DNA of 64,000 nt from Lama glama (taxonomy: Eukaryota). The translations under genes and the position numbers were made by a program. This document shows positions 36,720 through 50,327 of the stretch, piece by piece (position 1 is the first letter of the stretch; each line of letters opens with the position of its first letter). A model generated the notes under the pieces. It was not told the DNA's origin. It saw only the letters and a program-made list of their open reading frames with translations, and made no database searches. The stretch is taken from the NCBI GenBank assembly GCA_028534125.1, contig CM052832.1, positions 20,772,001 to 20,836,000 of the forward strand, written 5' to 3'.

Positions 36720-38720
36720 AGGTCCACAATGGAGACATATTTGGAAGTAGTGAGGATATACATATTACTTAAAGTCATGGAATCAGAAGAGACAGACTAG
36801 GGAGTCAGAGCAGATAAAAGAAAAAAGGAATGAAAATCAAGCCCCATGTCCTGCCAACATGACACGAGGTCTACAAGATGAAAAGCAAGGGAAATCAAGA
36901 AGGAAATGACAGTGAGGTAGAAGGAACTGAGAAAGTGATGTCTGAGAATGCAAGTGTCAAAGTATTACCATGTGGATGAAGGGAGCAACTACACCAAATG
37001 ATGAAGTAAGATGAACATGGAGAACTGGCTTCTGGATTTGGTGAAGCAGAGGCTGGAGGAGCACCTGACAAGAACTAATTCACTGGAATGAGGTGTATAA
37101 AACTTTCATTAGAGGGAATTCAGGAGGAAATGGGAGAAGAGGATGTGTACACCATCCCTTGTACAAACTGAGCTATAAAAGGGAGCAGAGAAATGTGACA
37201 TACTGCAGGAATGTTTATGTTGTATGAAGTTCTTTCTAAGATAGGATATCAGAGCATGTTTTTTGTTTATGAGATGATTTAGTAAAAAAAAAAAAAAGAG
37301 AGAGAGAGAGAGAGGAAATTTATAATGCCAGGAGAAAAGGGAGACAATTGCAGGATGAATAAACTTAAGTAGGCACAGAGATGGGATTCGGTGCACAAAT
37401 AATGGGACTGTCCTTAAGAAGTAGCAGATGGGTTAGCAGAACAGGTGGACAAAGATGCAAACAGGTTGGGAGATATGGTAGTGAGAGTGTGTGGAAGTGC
37501 TCTTCAGCTTGCTCGTATTTTCTCAATAAGAAGCAAAGTCATCAGAATGTAAAAGCAGAAAAAGTGATGGGGAGTTAAAGACAGAGGAGGAGATATGAAA
37601 TGTTCATCCCAGATAGTGTGGGAGTGAAAAGACTTGGAAAACAGGGTAGGAATAATTAAATAATCATTAGAATCCAGTTAGAAGTATTTCATACTTCTCT
37701 CTAGTTACAACCACTTGCCTGTTCACACAAACATGAGGGTATTCCAAGAAGGATGCATTTAACCCAAGCAGGGACTCTGCCAAGAAGGGAGAAAGAATAA
37801 AGTAGTTGAGGGTATGTGCACAGGAATTGTCCTAGTAGTGGACACTGGAATATAGGCTAAGTCAGGAAATGAGGATATCCAGTGGGTTGAGGAGTTACAA
37901 AAACTAAGGTTCTGACAAGTTACTGGAGGTGAGATGGCAGCAGGAATAATTTGGAAATTTAGGGGGTAAGTGTTTGGAGAGTAGGGTACCAAAGATTTAG
38001 TTTATGTGAAGGATATAGTAATTGGTGGCAACCAGGATACAAGCAAGGGAATGGATGGCTGAGGTAAGGTCAAATTCAAGATCACTGGAGGAAAAGAGGT
38101 CCAGGAATTGAGAGTTCAGCGTGCTGAAAGCATTAATTGCAGGAACAGGTGATGCGAGACTGCAGTAACAAATAATCCCGGTGTCTCAGGGTAACAAACA
38201 TGCACATTTCTAACACATGCCAAGTTCTATCTCAGGGACTCTCCAAGGATGCTCTCTTCCCTGAATGACTTACAGGGTCAGGCAGCTTTCCAGTTTTGGC
38301 TCTGTGTCTCAACATGTGGCATCTGTAATCACTAAAAGAACTATCCCCTTTCCTGCCAAAAGAAAAGAGAAAATGGAGATGTCACACTAACTCATAAATG
38401 CTTCAGCTCACAATGACACTCATATTTCCACTCATCACTTCATCAGCTAAAGCTGGTCATACAGCCCCACAACCTGTACCAAGTGTACAGGTGCCCATGG
38501 AATATTTAGTGAGCAATTCTGGCTGCCACAACGTAAATATTTCATTATTAAGAATTATCAAGGAGGCAACAGTGGAGAGAGAGATGGTGAATCAGGTGCT
38601 TCATTCTTCAAAGAATGACAGGAATCGACCCAGAAGGCTACAGACATCAATGACTAAAACCAAAGAATGAGCAGACAGTAGAGACTGTTGGCATGAATGA
38701 CCAAGGAGCTGAGGGCTTAT
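36720..38720 (-). mobile_element. Long L2 fragment, interrupted by an MLT1 LTR
   Basis: gatgaacatggagaactggcttctggatttgg; ctcttcagcttgctcgtattttctcaataa; aagatcactggaggaaaagaggtccaggaattgaga. Confidence 0.75.
38131..38530 (-). mobile_element. Old MLT1 (I/J-like) LTR
   Basis: ctgcagtaacaaataatcccggtgtctcag..aaagctggtcatacagccccac; ends ctgccaca. Confidence 0.7.
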
Positions 38721-39639
38721 GTTCTAGAAATTACCTTCCTGTTCTAACTAAATTCTGCCTGAAATCTGTGTAAATGATGTCAACTATCTGGATGGGATGA
38801 AATATTCAATCACCTAGATCTTTCCTAAGGCAGTAAATTTCAAGCTATTCAGGAATGGACTGTTGATGAATCTGATTAATACAGAGCTAACCATATTTCC
38901 TATGTGGACTACCAGGTTTTAAAAAATGAAAATATGGGAACAATAAAGTTTTACTGAACATAATTTACTCTCTCGATGATTTAGAAGGCACCTTTATAGC
39001 TCCTGTAGTGACTTAGCCTATGAACATCCATTATAGTTGAGCCACGGGTGTGCGAGGCTGTAACTCACATGGGCTCTCTGCATGCTGGGAGCATGAGCAG
39101 GGCAGCAGGAAGACTAATGACAGCAGGGATTGGAAGGGTCTAGAGCTGGGAAAGCTGACCAGGTGGCATGACTTGCCCCCAAGGGTAAAACCTGCAGCTG
39201 AAATAATAAAGTTCATGGAGATGAGGGACTTCACGTTGCAATCAAGGCTGATACATTCAGGAGCTACTATGCAGGTGCAGGGAACACGAGACCACAAAAT
39301 CTCTGTACTAGCAATGCAGGCAGATCATGTCTCCAGTCTAGTAGGTTAACTGGTTAGCAGCAGATGTGGAATCTCCAACTATTTGGATTTCCAGGACATG
39401 GTCCATCAACCTGAGGCTGCGGCTTTCAAAGATAAGCTGCTCATCAACGTAAGGGCCAGGACAGGGCTCTGTTTCCAACAGGAAATTGAAAGGCAAACCA
39501 GGAAACTAGAAAGTTAGGCACAGGCTAGAGAGGTGGGGAGAAGGGCCTCAGCTTAATGAGCATCCCAGATATGAGGCTTAAGTGAGCATATTGATTTCAG
39601 AACACAGTCATCTGGGGATGAGAAGGGGCTCCTATTACG

Positions 39640-40122
39640 CTATATAAAAAAGCCACAGAAAGATATGGAGGAAACTTAAATGCATTTAAGCCAATCTGAA
39701 AAGACTAAATACTGTATGATTTCACCTCAGTGACATTCTGGAAAAGGCAGAACAAGGAGACAGCACAAAGATTAGTGGTTTCCTGGGTTGGGGAGAATGA
39801 AAAGGGATAAACAGGTGGAACACAGGGGACTTATAGGGCAGTGAAAATAGCCTGTATGATACCCTAATAATGAATACTTGTTTTACATTTGTCTAAACCC
39901 ATAAAATGCACACCAAGAATGAACCCTAACATAAACTCTGGGCTTTGGTGATAATGATGTGTCCATCAGGCTCACCAGTTGTAACCAGTGCCCCACTCTG
40001 GTGGGGGATGTTAATGATGGAGGAGGCTACACACGTGTGGGGGTAAGGGGTGTATGGGGAACCTCTGTACCTTTTCTCAAATTTCCTGTGAAACTTAAAC
40101 TGCTCTAAAAAGCAGTCTTAAA
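39640..40122 (+). mobile_element. L1MC1-like 3' end
   Basis: gaggaaacttaaatgcat..gccaatctgaaaagact..gaatgaaccctaacataaact..aaacttaaactgctctaaaaa. Confidence 0.9.
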
Positions 40123-43100
40123 ATTTTTTCAAGAGATCATGTTCTTGAGAGGGAGGGTCGGGCCGGAGAATGCAGGAACTGACACACAGAAGTAAAAGTG
40201 AAAAGAGAATTATGATGAACTCGATTAAAATGCCAGGTAAGAGTGCTCTCTCGAGATGCTGCGGGATGACACACCCCATCCCAACTGTCTCCCAAGGCCT
40301 GTACTTTCGCTCCCCTATTTGGAAGCTAGGTCAGTATCCACCTCGGAAGGGGATTTTTGTAATGCAACTCAATTCACAGAAAAGAGTCAAAGAATATTTG
40401 TAGCATAATAAAGGATTTGCTTAAGTTCTTATTGTCTTGTAGATGTTTTCTCTTCCTTAATCCCTTCTCTGTCCTCATGGTTCTGAACACCATCCCCCAA
40501 CCCTGCTCTTTCCACAATGGAAAACCAGATGGAACTGAACCTGGACCAAAAGACTAAGAACCAAGGGAAGTAGGTCCCTGCCTGTGTGGGATGTGATGAG
40601 AGGAAGGTGAAGGGATTAATAGAGAGGAGTCTTTGAGGAAGCTGTGACAGGTGGTGGGTTGTGGGGATAGGGAGAGTGTGAGAGAGAGACAAATCACCTG
40701 GGGGAGACCTCCAGACAAACCAGCAGGGGGCGACTGTGTAGAAAGCCCCTGGAATCAAGCACAAAGCCCCACCTGCTCAGGAGTGAGCTGGGTGCCCTGA
40801 GTAATGCACGAAGTACTTTCAGATGTCCACCCAAGGTGGAACAAAAATTTAAAAAGAATGCCTGGAGAGGAAATTTGGCATTTTCAAAGACATGTGCCAG
40901 AGCTGGACGAACTGTCAAGAGTGTCAGATGAGTTTCATCCAAGGGCTCCTCTTTTCATAAAAAGAGCTGTTTTAAATTTATTTTTGTCTACTAAACTTAA
41001 AAAAAACTGTTGAAACATAATTTGCTTTAAATTCAACCTGCAAATCTCATTCATTTAGAAATCTAGTAAATGTTACATAAAACAGAACAACTTGTAGAGG
41101 AAACTTTGATTAGTGTTTGATAAACTCAAGTCACACAAACTAAATTCACCTTAAAACAACCAGTCTCATTTAAAAAAAAAAAACTCAGTTAACTAAATCC
41201 CCTTAAAATTTTAAAGCTCCACTTATAAATGAAAATGTTCTACTTCACATGACTGGGTAAATTTATGATCTTAACAAGCAAAATCTTTACAGCATTCTGA
41301 AGACATCTTTAAAGTTTAAGTAAGTTAAACTAACTTCAAATATAGCAAATTTCAAATTCTCCCAAGCATTCCAATACTGATTGCAAATGTACTGCTATAC
41401 ATTTCAACGAGAACAAAAAAGTTACAAGAATCAATTACATATTTAAAATTGGAATCAAAAGGCTAATTACTCAGATCCAGTTCAGAGCCTTCTTATTCAA
41501 AATGCAATCAGAGAAAGAGCAGCATGGTGACCCCTGGAGTTTATCAGAAATGCATACTCTATTTCTGATCCCCACCTAGAACTACTGCGCCAGAATGTAG
41601 AGCTCTAGTCTAAGACAGGGCAGTACAGGGTATTTCCAACAATTTTTGAAGAGGTGGTAGGGTTGTATGGTCCATCCATCCTTTCTTCTCTTCCTTTTTA
41701 GTTTCACATGGCAATTCTGAAAGCAAATTATATCATCAATTTCATACTAAAGTTTTGTAGCTCAATGGAGCAGAAATATTACAGTTAAAAAAAAAAACCA
41801 AGAGGTGCTGGTAAAAGGTGGAATCAATTCTAAGACCCATACTGGGCATAAAAGGAAGAGAAGTAATAAGAAAATGGACCCTTCATTGAATGGACGTTAC
41901 TGTCTGAAGCAGCTACAAAGAATAAAAACTTCTGGTAGGAGTTTCACTGTGAGCCGAATACCAAAGTCTTCTAAAAAGTGCGATGGACAGTGTTGCAAGT
42001 TGGTAAAGATACAGTTCTTGAGCCGGAAATGAAAAATAATTAGGCTAAAAAGCACCCGTGAACATAACATAAATAAATACCTGAACAAAATGAGCAGGGG
42101 ATACCTTACAGTAACCCTAGCTGAGTCAGTGTGTGGTCACCTAGAAAGAGGGACAAGATCAGGTACTCGTATAAGGGATCTCACCGTGTAGGGGTCAGGG
42201 CCAGTCAGTTGACACAACAGTGCAAATGGATAGCAAAGCCCTGTCAGTATTCCCCTGTCAACAGTGGAAACATGGAAGCAAGATCCTCCCAACTCAGCAT
42301 AGATGGAGAGGCGAGGCTTCTCCTATGGCTTGAGAAGGAAGAGGAAAGTGACAGAATAAGCACAGACCATCCTGGACATTTGACAGACTCCAGGGGAAGC
42401 AAAGAACCTGGGGGATGAGGTCTGAATAAACAGCAATATTCTCTGCGGCCATGCTAGGCTGCATTCTTGTTCTCAGTATGGTTTAAAGGTGTGAGCAGCT
42501 TGACAGTAAGGGAAGCGGCTACTAGGTACTGGAAAGCATGAAGGCTTTTTAGTAGAACAGGACTAATCCAATAGTCAGATGGGACTGTGTTCTTTTAGAG
42601 AGAACGTGTCCAGGGACATGGATGCAGAAGTCCAATGCCTAGAACTAGCAGGTTCCAGTCTACCTTTTACAACTGCTAGAGCAGTTTAAGGATTACAAAT
42701 GCAAAAACACAGTTCATAGTTAGGTATATCAATGCCAACACACCAAACCAAAGTGAACCAAAATTCTCCTTGGTTTCTGTTCTGTTGAAATGCATGCCAC
42801 CCCTACTGCCTTAGGTTTGGGCCCAAAGAGAATTCCTTAGGAATAAAGCCCGTATTTCCCTGGCACTCTTCAACTCCTGTAGACAGAATTTCATGTTCAT
42901 CCTAGAGTTATTTAAGCTCCTCTGTTTTTGTAACCGACAACAATTTCCAGGAGTCTAGTGACTCAAACTTCCCCAGGAGGTTTTTGCTATTAAATTGTTA
43001 GATTAAAATAGTTTGTATAGGAATTAAATCAAAAGGAACATTCTCTCATTCAACGTCCAAGTGAAATTACAGAGTAAATATCCCTATAACGTCCACTAGC

Positions 43101-43337
43101 CAAACCGTATTCTTCCAATATCTGTTTTTCCTTTTGTGCTGGGCTGGACAGATTAATCAGAATCTGTTTGAAACCAAGGTTATGTCTATAACAGACAAGT
43201 TTATTTTAATGTCAACAATTGATATGCTTTTGAAAATCTCAGCAAGGACAAATGTAATTTTGAGGATACGGAAGTGAATTTTTTTTTTAACATTTTTATT
43301 GATTTATAATCATTTTACAATGTTGTGTCAAATTCCA

Positions 43338-43837
43338 NNNNNNNNNNNNNNNNNNNNNNNNNNNNNNNNNNNNNNNNNNNNNNNNNNNNNNNNNNNNNNN
43401 NNNNNNNNNNNNNNNNNNNNNNNNNNNNNNNNNNNNNNNNNNNNNNNNNNNNNNNNNNNNNNNNNNNNNNNNNNNNNNNNNNNNNNNNNNNNNNNNNNNN
43501 NNNNNNNNNNNNNNNNNNNNNNNNNNNNNNNNNNNNNNNNNNNNNNNNNNNNNNNNNNNNNNNNNNNNNNNNNNNNNNNNNNNNNNNNNNNNNNNNNNNN
43601 NNNNNNNNNNNNNNNNNNNNNNNNNNNNNNNNNNNNNNNNNNNNNNNNNNNNNNNNNNNNNNNNNNNNNNNNNNNNNNNNNNNNNNNNNNNNNNNNNNNN
43701 NNNNNNNNNNNNNNNNNNNNNNNNNNNNNNNNNNNNNNNNNNNNNNNNNNNNNNNNNNNNNNNNNNNNNNNNNNNNNNNNNNNNNNNNNNNNNNNNNNNN
43801 NNNNNNNNNNNNNNNNNNNNNNNNNNNNNNNNNNNNN
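43338..43837. other. Assembly gap, exactly 500 N
   Basis: Directly visible; the round number suggests a placeholder. Confidence 0.99.
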
Positions 43838-44005
43838 TTTAAAGTCTATTTTGTCTGAAATCAGTACTGCAACACCTGCTTTTTTGGCTTTTCCATTTGC
43901 ATGGAATATCCTTTTCCATCCTTTCACTCTCAATCTATATGTGTCCTTCTCCCTAAAGTGGGTCTCTTGTATGCAGCATATTGAAGGTTCTTGCTTTATT
44001 ATCCA
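43838..44005 (-). pseudogene. L1 ORF2 APE-like endonuclease N-terminal fragment (no start codon)
   Basis: WIIKQEPSICCIQETHFREKDTYRLRVKGWKRIFHANGKAKKAGVAVLISDKIDFK matches L1 ORF2 residues about 30-85. Confidence 0.95.
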
Positions 44006-44925
44006 GAAGTGAATTATTTTTAACATGACCAAAATTTATCTGGAGTAACAGTGAAGATTTTAGAAAATTAATTGTTTTTCTATATAATGTGATATATGTG
44101 AATAGTTTCAAGCAATCATATGGGTGACTTAAATGTCAAACATCATTGTTCCTGAATGTAAAATAGTTTTCAGGCGCACAAAGGAGGAAATCACTGGCTT
44201 AAAAGGAGTAATTTCTAAGAATTTGTACCAACTGGGTTATTTTATAGTCTATACCAGTGAAGAGTGTCATTGTATTTTTCCACGAGGGTTAAGGAGTGGT
44301 AACAACCAGAGGCTGAGGTTGGGGGAAGGAAGGAGGAAGGTGAGAAATGGAGAATTAGACCAGTTTCTTGAGCTTAGTACTACCAGAAAATGTTTCCTCT
44401 ATATATTTGCAGGCTACAAATTTTAAAAATAATCCATTTATTATTAGGATTACACTACCATGGGCTATGACATATATATAAAATGTTCTTCTCTGATTTA
44501 AAAAAGTTTCAACCAACAAAGATTGTTTTATTCTAAGGTCACTTGTATGTTGTACTAGTGGACCTCTAACTTAAGCTGCTACACTACTCAGAGAAGAAGT
44601 ATTGCTCCCTTTTCATTTACGGTTTAGAGAATGTTGTGGAGCTCAAGCTGAAAAATTAATTTCAGATTGGTCCCAGAGGGGTTGCTTTAAATGGTTCTGT
44701 TAATTCACTTTGAGAGAAACCCTATTAAAGTTGATGAAAATGGCAAAGACCCACTAGCCCATTTCTAACCTAAATTTTGTTTGAGACAGACCTCAACCTT
44801 TTAATTAGAGTTGTTAGAACCCATTTTAATTTTATTAATAATAATTAACATTTATAGTACTTCAGTTTACAAAGCACTTTCTTGTTATCAATTAAGTTTT
44901 TAAATCATCATAATAATCTAAAAGA

Positions 44926-45420
44926 GTATCTGTTTCCTATTGCTGCTCTTAACAAATTACAACAAATTTAATGACTTGAAAGAACACAAAATTATGATGT
45001 TACATTTTTGGAGGTCAGTAGTCCAAAACAGGTCTCTCTGGGTTAAAATCAGGGTGTTGGCAGGGCAGGGCTCTATTTTTTTCCTGAGACTCAGAGAAGA
45101 ATCTTTTCCCTTGCCTTTTCCAGCTTCTAAAAGTTGCCTGTGTTCCCTGGTTCATGGCCCCTTCCATCTTCAAACCCAGTAAGCAGTGCACAGTCAAGTC
45201 TTCCTCATGCTGTATTACTTTGATTCTGCCTCTGTCATCACATCTCCTGCCTCCCTCTTTCACTCTTATAAAGATCCTACTGTTTACCCTGCCCATTCCC
45301 CAGCTAATCCAGGATAATCTCCCTCACCTCAAGATTCTTAATTTTGTCCACTGCAGAGGACCTACTGGCATGTGAGTTAGCACACTCACAGTTTCTGGGA
45401 ACATCTCTGGGGGATCTTTG
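44926..45420 (-). mobile_element. MLT1D/E-like MaLR LTR
   Basis: gtttcctattgctgctcttaacaaattac..ccttgccttttccagcttcta..ataatctccctcacctcaagattcttaa. Confidence 0.88.
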
Positions 45421-45549
45421 CTAGGCACGTATGTAAAAAATTTAAGGAACCTCTAAAAGAAGTTAAATAGAATGAATAACACCTAAGTCTTCAGGGGAAA
45501 ATGGAACACAAAATTCTTCAATTTTCCCATAACAAGCAAAAATTAATGG

Positions 45550-45840
45550 CAAAAAAAGAAGTCCAAAAATGATAAACAGAAAACACATAATAAGATTGCA
45601 ACACATAATAAGATTGCAGAAGATTAGATACAGCAATAATCACAATAAACATAAAGGATAAAACCTGCTTATTGAAAGACAGGGATTTTCATACTAGATT
45701 TTTCAAAACCCATTCTGCTCTGTTCCAAGAGTGACAATGACACACATCAAAAAATTAAAATAGGAAAAAAGGAAAAAGATTACCAGGAAGTTCTAATCAA
45801 ATAAAGCTTGAACAATAATTTAATATCAGATAAGACATTT
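45550..45840 (+). mobile_element. Old L1M ORF1/ORF2 junction fragment
   Basis: caataatcacaataaacataaaggataaaac..attgaaagacagggattttca; includes 18-bp tandem aacacataataagattgc. Confidence 0.6.
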
Positions 45841-46454
45841 AAATTTAATAAATGTATATATAAATATTCAACATTCAAATAAATTAATGTTTCCCTGAAT
45901 TAAGGTGCTGCAACAGTATGTATTATTTTAAGACTGTGCATCACAAATACAGGTGTCACATTATTAATGCAGCTAATGAGGTATTAACCTTAACCTAGGC
46001 CCTTGGGTGTAGCAATATGTTAACATGTTTCCTTATTATAAAATGCATCCTTTTCTTTTTTTTTTTCAGAAAAATTAATACTGTGAATATCTTCAAAACC
46101 TGAGTCTCTCTTCTGGGAAATGGTACTCCCTCATATGTCTTGTAACAGACAATGACTGATAAACAGACAGATATAGAATAGATAGATGGAAGATAGAAAT
46201 TTTAAAATACATTTTTTAAAGGCTAAACAATGATTCCATTCACCCAAACAGTCCCTCGTTCTACTTTACATATGCCACACTGAATAATCTCTGAGCCAGG
46301 ACCACCCTCATCCTGTTGCTGGGATTTGTTTCTTTTACACTGAATCAGTGTTCTAGCTCAAAGGAGGAACTCTTCAAGCACATTAATCAGTAGGTTATGA
46401 ATCACATCATCAAATAGCTGGAGGAGGCCTCAACTCCCCCGCTAGACATCTATT

Positions 46455-46610
46455 TCAAAGGTTCTCTACACCATTTGAGCTAAATCCGGAGTCCTCTGAC
46501 AGAAGCATCAGCTTCACCTGGGGATGTGTTAGAATGTAAATTCCTGGGCCCCATCCCAGATTTTCTGGCAGTGGGACCTAGCAAGCTGTTTTTTTAAAGT
46601 GCCTTAAACT
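46455..46610. mobile_element. MER5A-type MITE
   Basis: agcatcagcttcacctggggatgtgttagaatgtaaattcctgggccccatcccaga. Confidence 0.8.
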
Positions 46611-47609
46611 AAGTTTTACTACTTAAGAACTCTGATTCTCTGAGCAAGTGCAAGATTAGCTCTCCAATTCCAACAACAAAACGTACAAACAAGTGAGATC
46701 AAACGGCAGAAAGCAGTACTGGATTCTCTGGGCTTTATTTCCTTTATTCAAATGCCTGCAAGACTGAGATAAATATTGCACTAGAATCATTAGAAGTCCT
46801 AGAAAATACAGCAGATAACTTCCATTTTCTTAACATGATTAGCCTGTTTACAACATGCTATTTTTAATCTGTATAGTCATATTAGAATGTCTCCACCCTG
46901 ACCTACTTATTACATAGAACAAGACAAACAGACTTTTGAAATGGCAAATTCCATAATTTATATGATCACTAGGAAGAGACATACCAAATGGTTAAAAAAA
47001 GAACTTAATATTCATTTCCAAGTTCAGGGTTTTTAAATAAGATCCTCTAATAGCCCCATGAGTAAAAGAATGACTGAGCTGACATTTTAAAGCACAACAG
47101 AAGTTCAAGTATTTGCTGTGCATGTTGTTTGGAGGAGACGCCAAGAAGCTGGTTTGTTTAGGGTTCACGTTGCTTTGGGATTTGACAAATACAAGTGTCA
47201 AATAGAAACATACAAGTGTTCATCTTGAGTCACAAAGTTTAACTTAAAAAATTAATGTTCTATATGAGGACATAAATTTACCAAAGCAACTAAGAGATAC
47301 CCATCACTCACCTTTAATCCTTTTCTAAACTTTGAGATGATCAAGGAGCCTTCAGGCCAGGATTCAACAAAAGTTTTAGTGACAGACTTCGATTCTTTGC
47401 TAAAAATTGCAGAATTGGCCCCTCAGCAGAATACAGCCATTCGTTAAATATATCAATTTAGGCCAGAGAAAGAGGTAGGAGCCAGATTTCGTAAAACATC
47501 AAGTACTCTTTTATGTTTTGAGATATTTCAGTTGAACAGAAACCATTATTTCTTGCAAATTTAGCATAAATATTCATATATATGCTATATTATCACCAGC
47601 TCTTGTTCT

Positions 47610-47930
47610 ACACTTAAAAGGGTTTGACAGTCCAAGAGTAAGTTAGCTGAGATGGTGAAAACTAGTGGCCCATGTCACATAAGCAATTGCTGAAGAAATT
47701 ATCTTTAGAGAAGATAAAACTTCAAAGATATTTCTACTACATGAAGGAAAATTATACGTTTATCTCCATAAAATAAAAACTAGGATCAATTGGAAAAAAT
47801 AGGGTAAACTGATCAAAGACATATTTTTTTCTAGTAATTTGAGCTACCCTAATTTAGAGTACACTATTTCATGAGGTGGTAATTTGGTAAATACACTGCT
47901 TCATGAAGTCCAAACAGAGGATGAGTGGTG
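47610..47930 (+). mobile_element. CR1/L3 LINE 3' fragment
   Basis: gagatggtgaaa..ccatgtcacataagcaattgctgaagaaatt..catgaggtggtaatt..gaagtccaaacagagg. Confidence 0.55.
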
Positions 47931-48004
47931 ATATTCACAGAATCTGCACAATGTGAAAAAGAAAAATGGAAAAATAAAATATATCACAGTGAGGAGGAGC
48001 AGGG

Positions 48005-48170
48005 ATCTGTGACTAGGGGTAAACTGTTTACCTATTCTGTCCTTCAACATTCTCAACTATAAACTGGAAGAGAAATAGTTACATCTCAGGACTCTTGTTA
48101 GGTTTTAATAAAGACAGGAAAAGGCTTACTCTTTTGTCTGACGGACAGTAAGGGCTTAATCAATATGAAA
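48005..48170 (+). mobile_element. Degenerate MIR
   Basis: ctgtgactaggggtaaactgtttacctattctgtccttcaacattctcaactataaact. Confidence 0.55.
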
Positions 48171-48419
48171 TGTACATACGACTAACACCATGTTAGTAAC
48201 AAATCTAATAATGAGCATCGTAACAATTCAACTGCTCTCCAGTAAAAAAATCTTTGTAATATACCTCTTCTTATTGTAACTAGGATTCTGATCTTCCTAA
48301 ATTGTCTGTCTTGGCAGTAAATCTGAGCATACAGGAACGCCAATCCATTAGTAAGTCATCCTACCAAGTTGGTCAAGCTTCTTAGACACAATTGGCCTTG
48401 GTGTCTTTGAGATATTATT

Positions 48420-48870
48420 TTCCTTTATTATTCACTCCCCTCTTCATTACCAAAGTATAATACATCCCCATTCATGGCCACGTGACTTGCAGTGTCATGT
48501 AAGCGAAGCATTTTTCCCCATTCTCTTGTATGAGCTGGCCATGGGACCTGCTTTGGCCAAAGGCTCACGTAACGTGAGCCACATGCAAGTAGAAGCTTGA
48601 AGACACACTGATTGTTTCTGGAAGCCCTGTTGGTCTTCCTCTCTATGATACAACACGCAGAAAGAATGTATATTATGGAGCTGAAATGTAGATGGGAAAT
48701 ATAGAGGGTGTCCCTTCTATGAGCATCTCATGATGCGAGGACTCATTAAGCAGAGCTGCAGCCACTGATTCGCTCACTGCCAAAATGTAATGAGAGCAAG
48801 AAATAAATGTTTGCCATTGCAAATTAATGGGATTTTATGGTTGTTGCTATTGAAGCAAATCTGGAAAAAA
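48420..48870 (+). mobile_element. MLT1I/H-like MaLR LTR
   Basis: ggccacgtgacttgcagtg..gagctggccatgggacctgctttggccaa..gagcaagaaataaatgtttg. Confidence 0.75.
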
Positions 48871-48896
48871 AAACAAAAAGTCTGAACCAGAATAAA

Positions 48897-49900
48897 GAAA
48901 TTGGTACCAGAAGTAGGTGATGATTTAATAATACATAAAATACGAGGCAGTGGCCTTGGAGCCAGGTGGTATAGGTGGTGAGGGAAATATTACTTGAGGC
49001 TAAGAAAAATGATGAGCAATGTTATGTGATATTGATTTAAAATGTCTTCTGTGATAGCATGGGAGTCAGCTAATATACCTATTGAACTTGTGGCTTTAGG
49101 TAAAGAGATGGCAAAGTGAGGATTTTGCTAGTGTGCCTGGGTTGTCACTATCAGCTGCCTCTAACAAGCTATTACAAGAGAAAAAGCAGCTCAACAAAAT
49201 TAGGATGAAAGTAGGTAGAGAGAATCTAGGAATGAGAGGATACAGAGAAAATCCAGCAACTTCATTTCTAGCAGGGTTGAAAGATGCAGTTATTTTTTGT
49301 TGTTGTTGTTCATCTGTAACTAGTAAAAGGAAGTACTGAGAAATATTCAAGCAACAAAATGAGACTAGATCTCAAGGTGAAGACCAAATCTTAAGTATGG
49401 TCATCACTTCCTCAGTTAAACACTATAAACTGTTTAAGGTCATCCACAGGAAATCTCAGTTAGGAAAAAGATACTCAAAATACAGAGAATGTGTGTGTAG
49501 CTCACCCAAGGAGGCAGTAAACTCAAAATAAATCTACAGAGAGGCATGTCTCAAAAACAACTGTAGAGACAGCTATCGACACGTGGAGCAGTTCAGAAGG
49601 CAACAGACATATCACAGCTGTACTGGCAAAGGTGGCACCAACCAGGATTAAGACAGACTATGACAACTCAGAACTTAAATCAATTTTGGTGGCCCCAACT
49701 TTCTCCAAAAGAGACATTAGGCTGAAAAATCTGCTCAGTACCCAAGGAAGATATATTCCCCAATGTTTCCTTCAGAGGTGGCCAAAGACCAAGTAGGAAG
49801 GATATCCCAGAAGATGAAGTCAAGAGCTACAGAAAATCATGAGCTGAGAGCTGTCAGACAGCAGAACTGGGGTCCATCAAGGAACTCCTCTTCTGTTCCT
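48897..49900 (+). mobile_element. MLT1 internal region following the LTR
   Basis: Starts gaaattggtaccagaagt (MaLR post-LTR/PBS region), then gtggccttggagccaggtgg. Confidence 0.65.
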
Positions 49901-50047
49901 GCAACCCAGCTGACTAATAATTCACTCTGTCTACTGAAAAATCAGAATACAGCTATAAATTGAAATAATTATATGTACTTAATAACTGGCTTTAACAAAT
50001 ATCACCCCATATCGTCATTTTGGGTACTTAGTTGCATGCTGTATTAA

Positions 50048-50321
50048 CCTCCAGTTATAAAATAAGTTAAGCTCCGGGAACGTAATGTATAGCATGGTGG
50101 CTACAGTTAAATACTACTGTATTACATATTGATCAGTTGCTAAGAGAAGATCTTAAAAATTCTCACAAGAAAAAAACATTTTGTAACTATGCGTGGTGAT
50201 GGATGTTAACTAGACTTATTGTGGTGAATATTTCACAATGTACACAATTTTTTTCAAATCATCATGTTGTACACCTGACTAGTGTGTTAAGTATCAATGA
50301 TGCCTCAATTTTTTAAAAAAA
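50048..50321 (+). mobile_element. L1MA9-like 3' end
   Basis: agttataaaataag..taatgtatagcatggtggctacagttaa..tttgtaactatgcgtggtgatggatgttaactagacttattgtggtga. Confidence 0.88.
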
Positions 50322-50327
50322 GACCAT

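Larger units (their letters stand above)
43281..44005 (-). mobile_element. Young 5'-truncated L1 spanning the assembly gap
   Basis: Reverse 3' tail and poly(A) at 43281-43337; endonuclease fragment at 43838-44005; TSD gaagtgaatt at 43271 and 44006. Confidence 0.92.

Noticed and set aside
41950..42560. Possible CR1/L3 fragment
   Set aside because: Similarity too faint to support by eye
43299..44032. Three long ORFs (177-237 aa) in the ORF track
   Set aside because: Artefacts of translating through 500 N; only the minus-strand L1 ORF2 fragment is real
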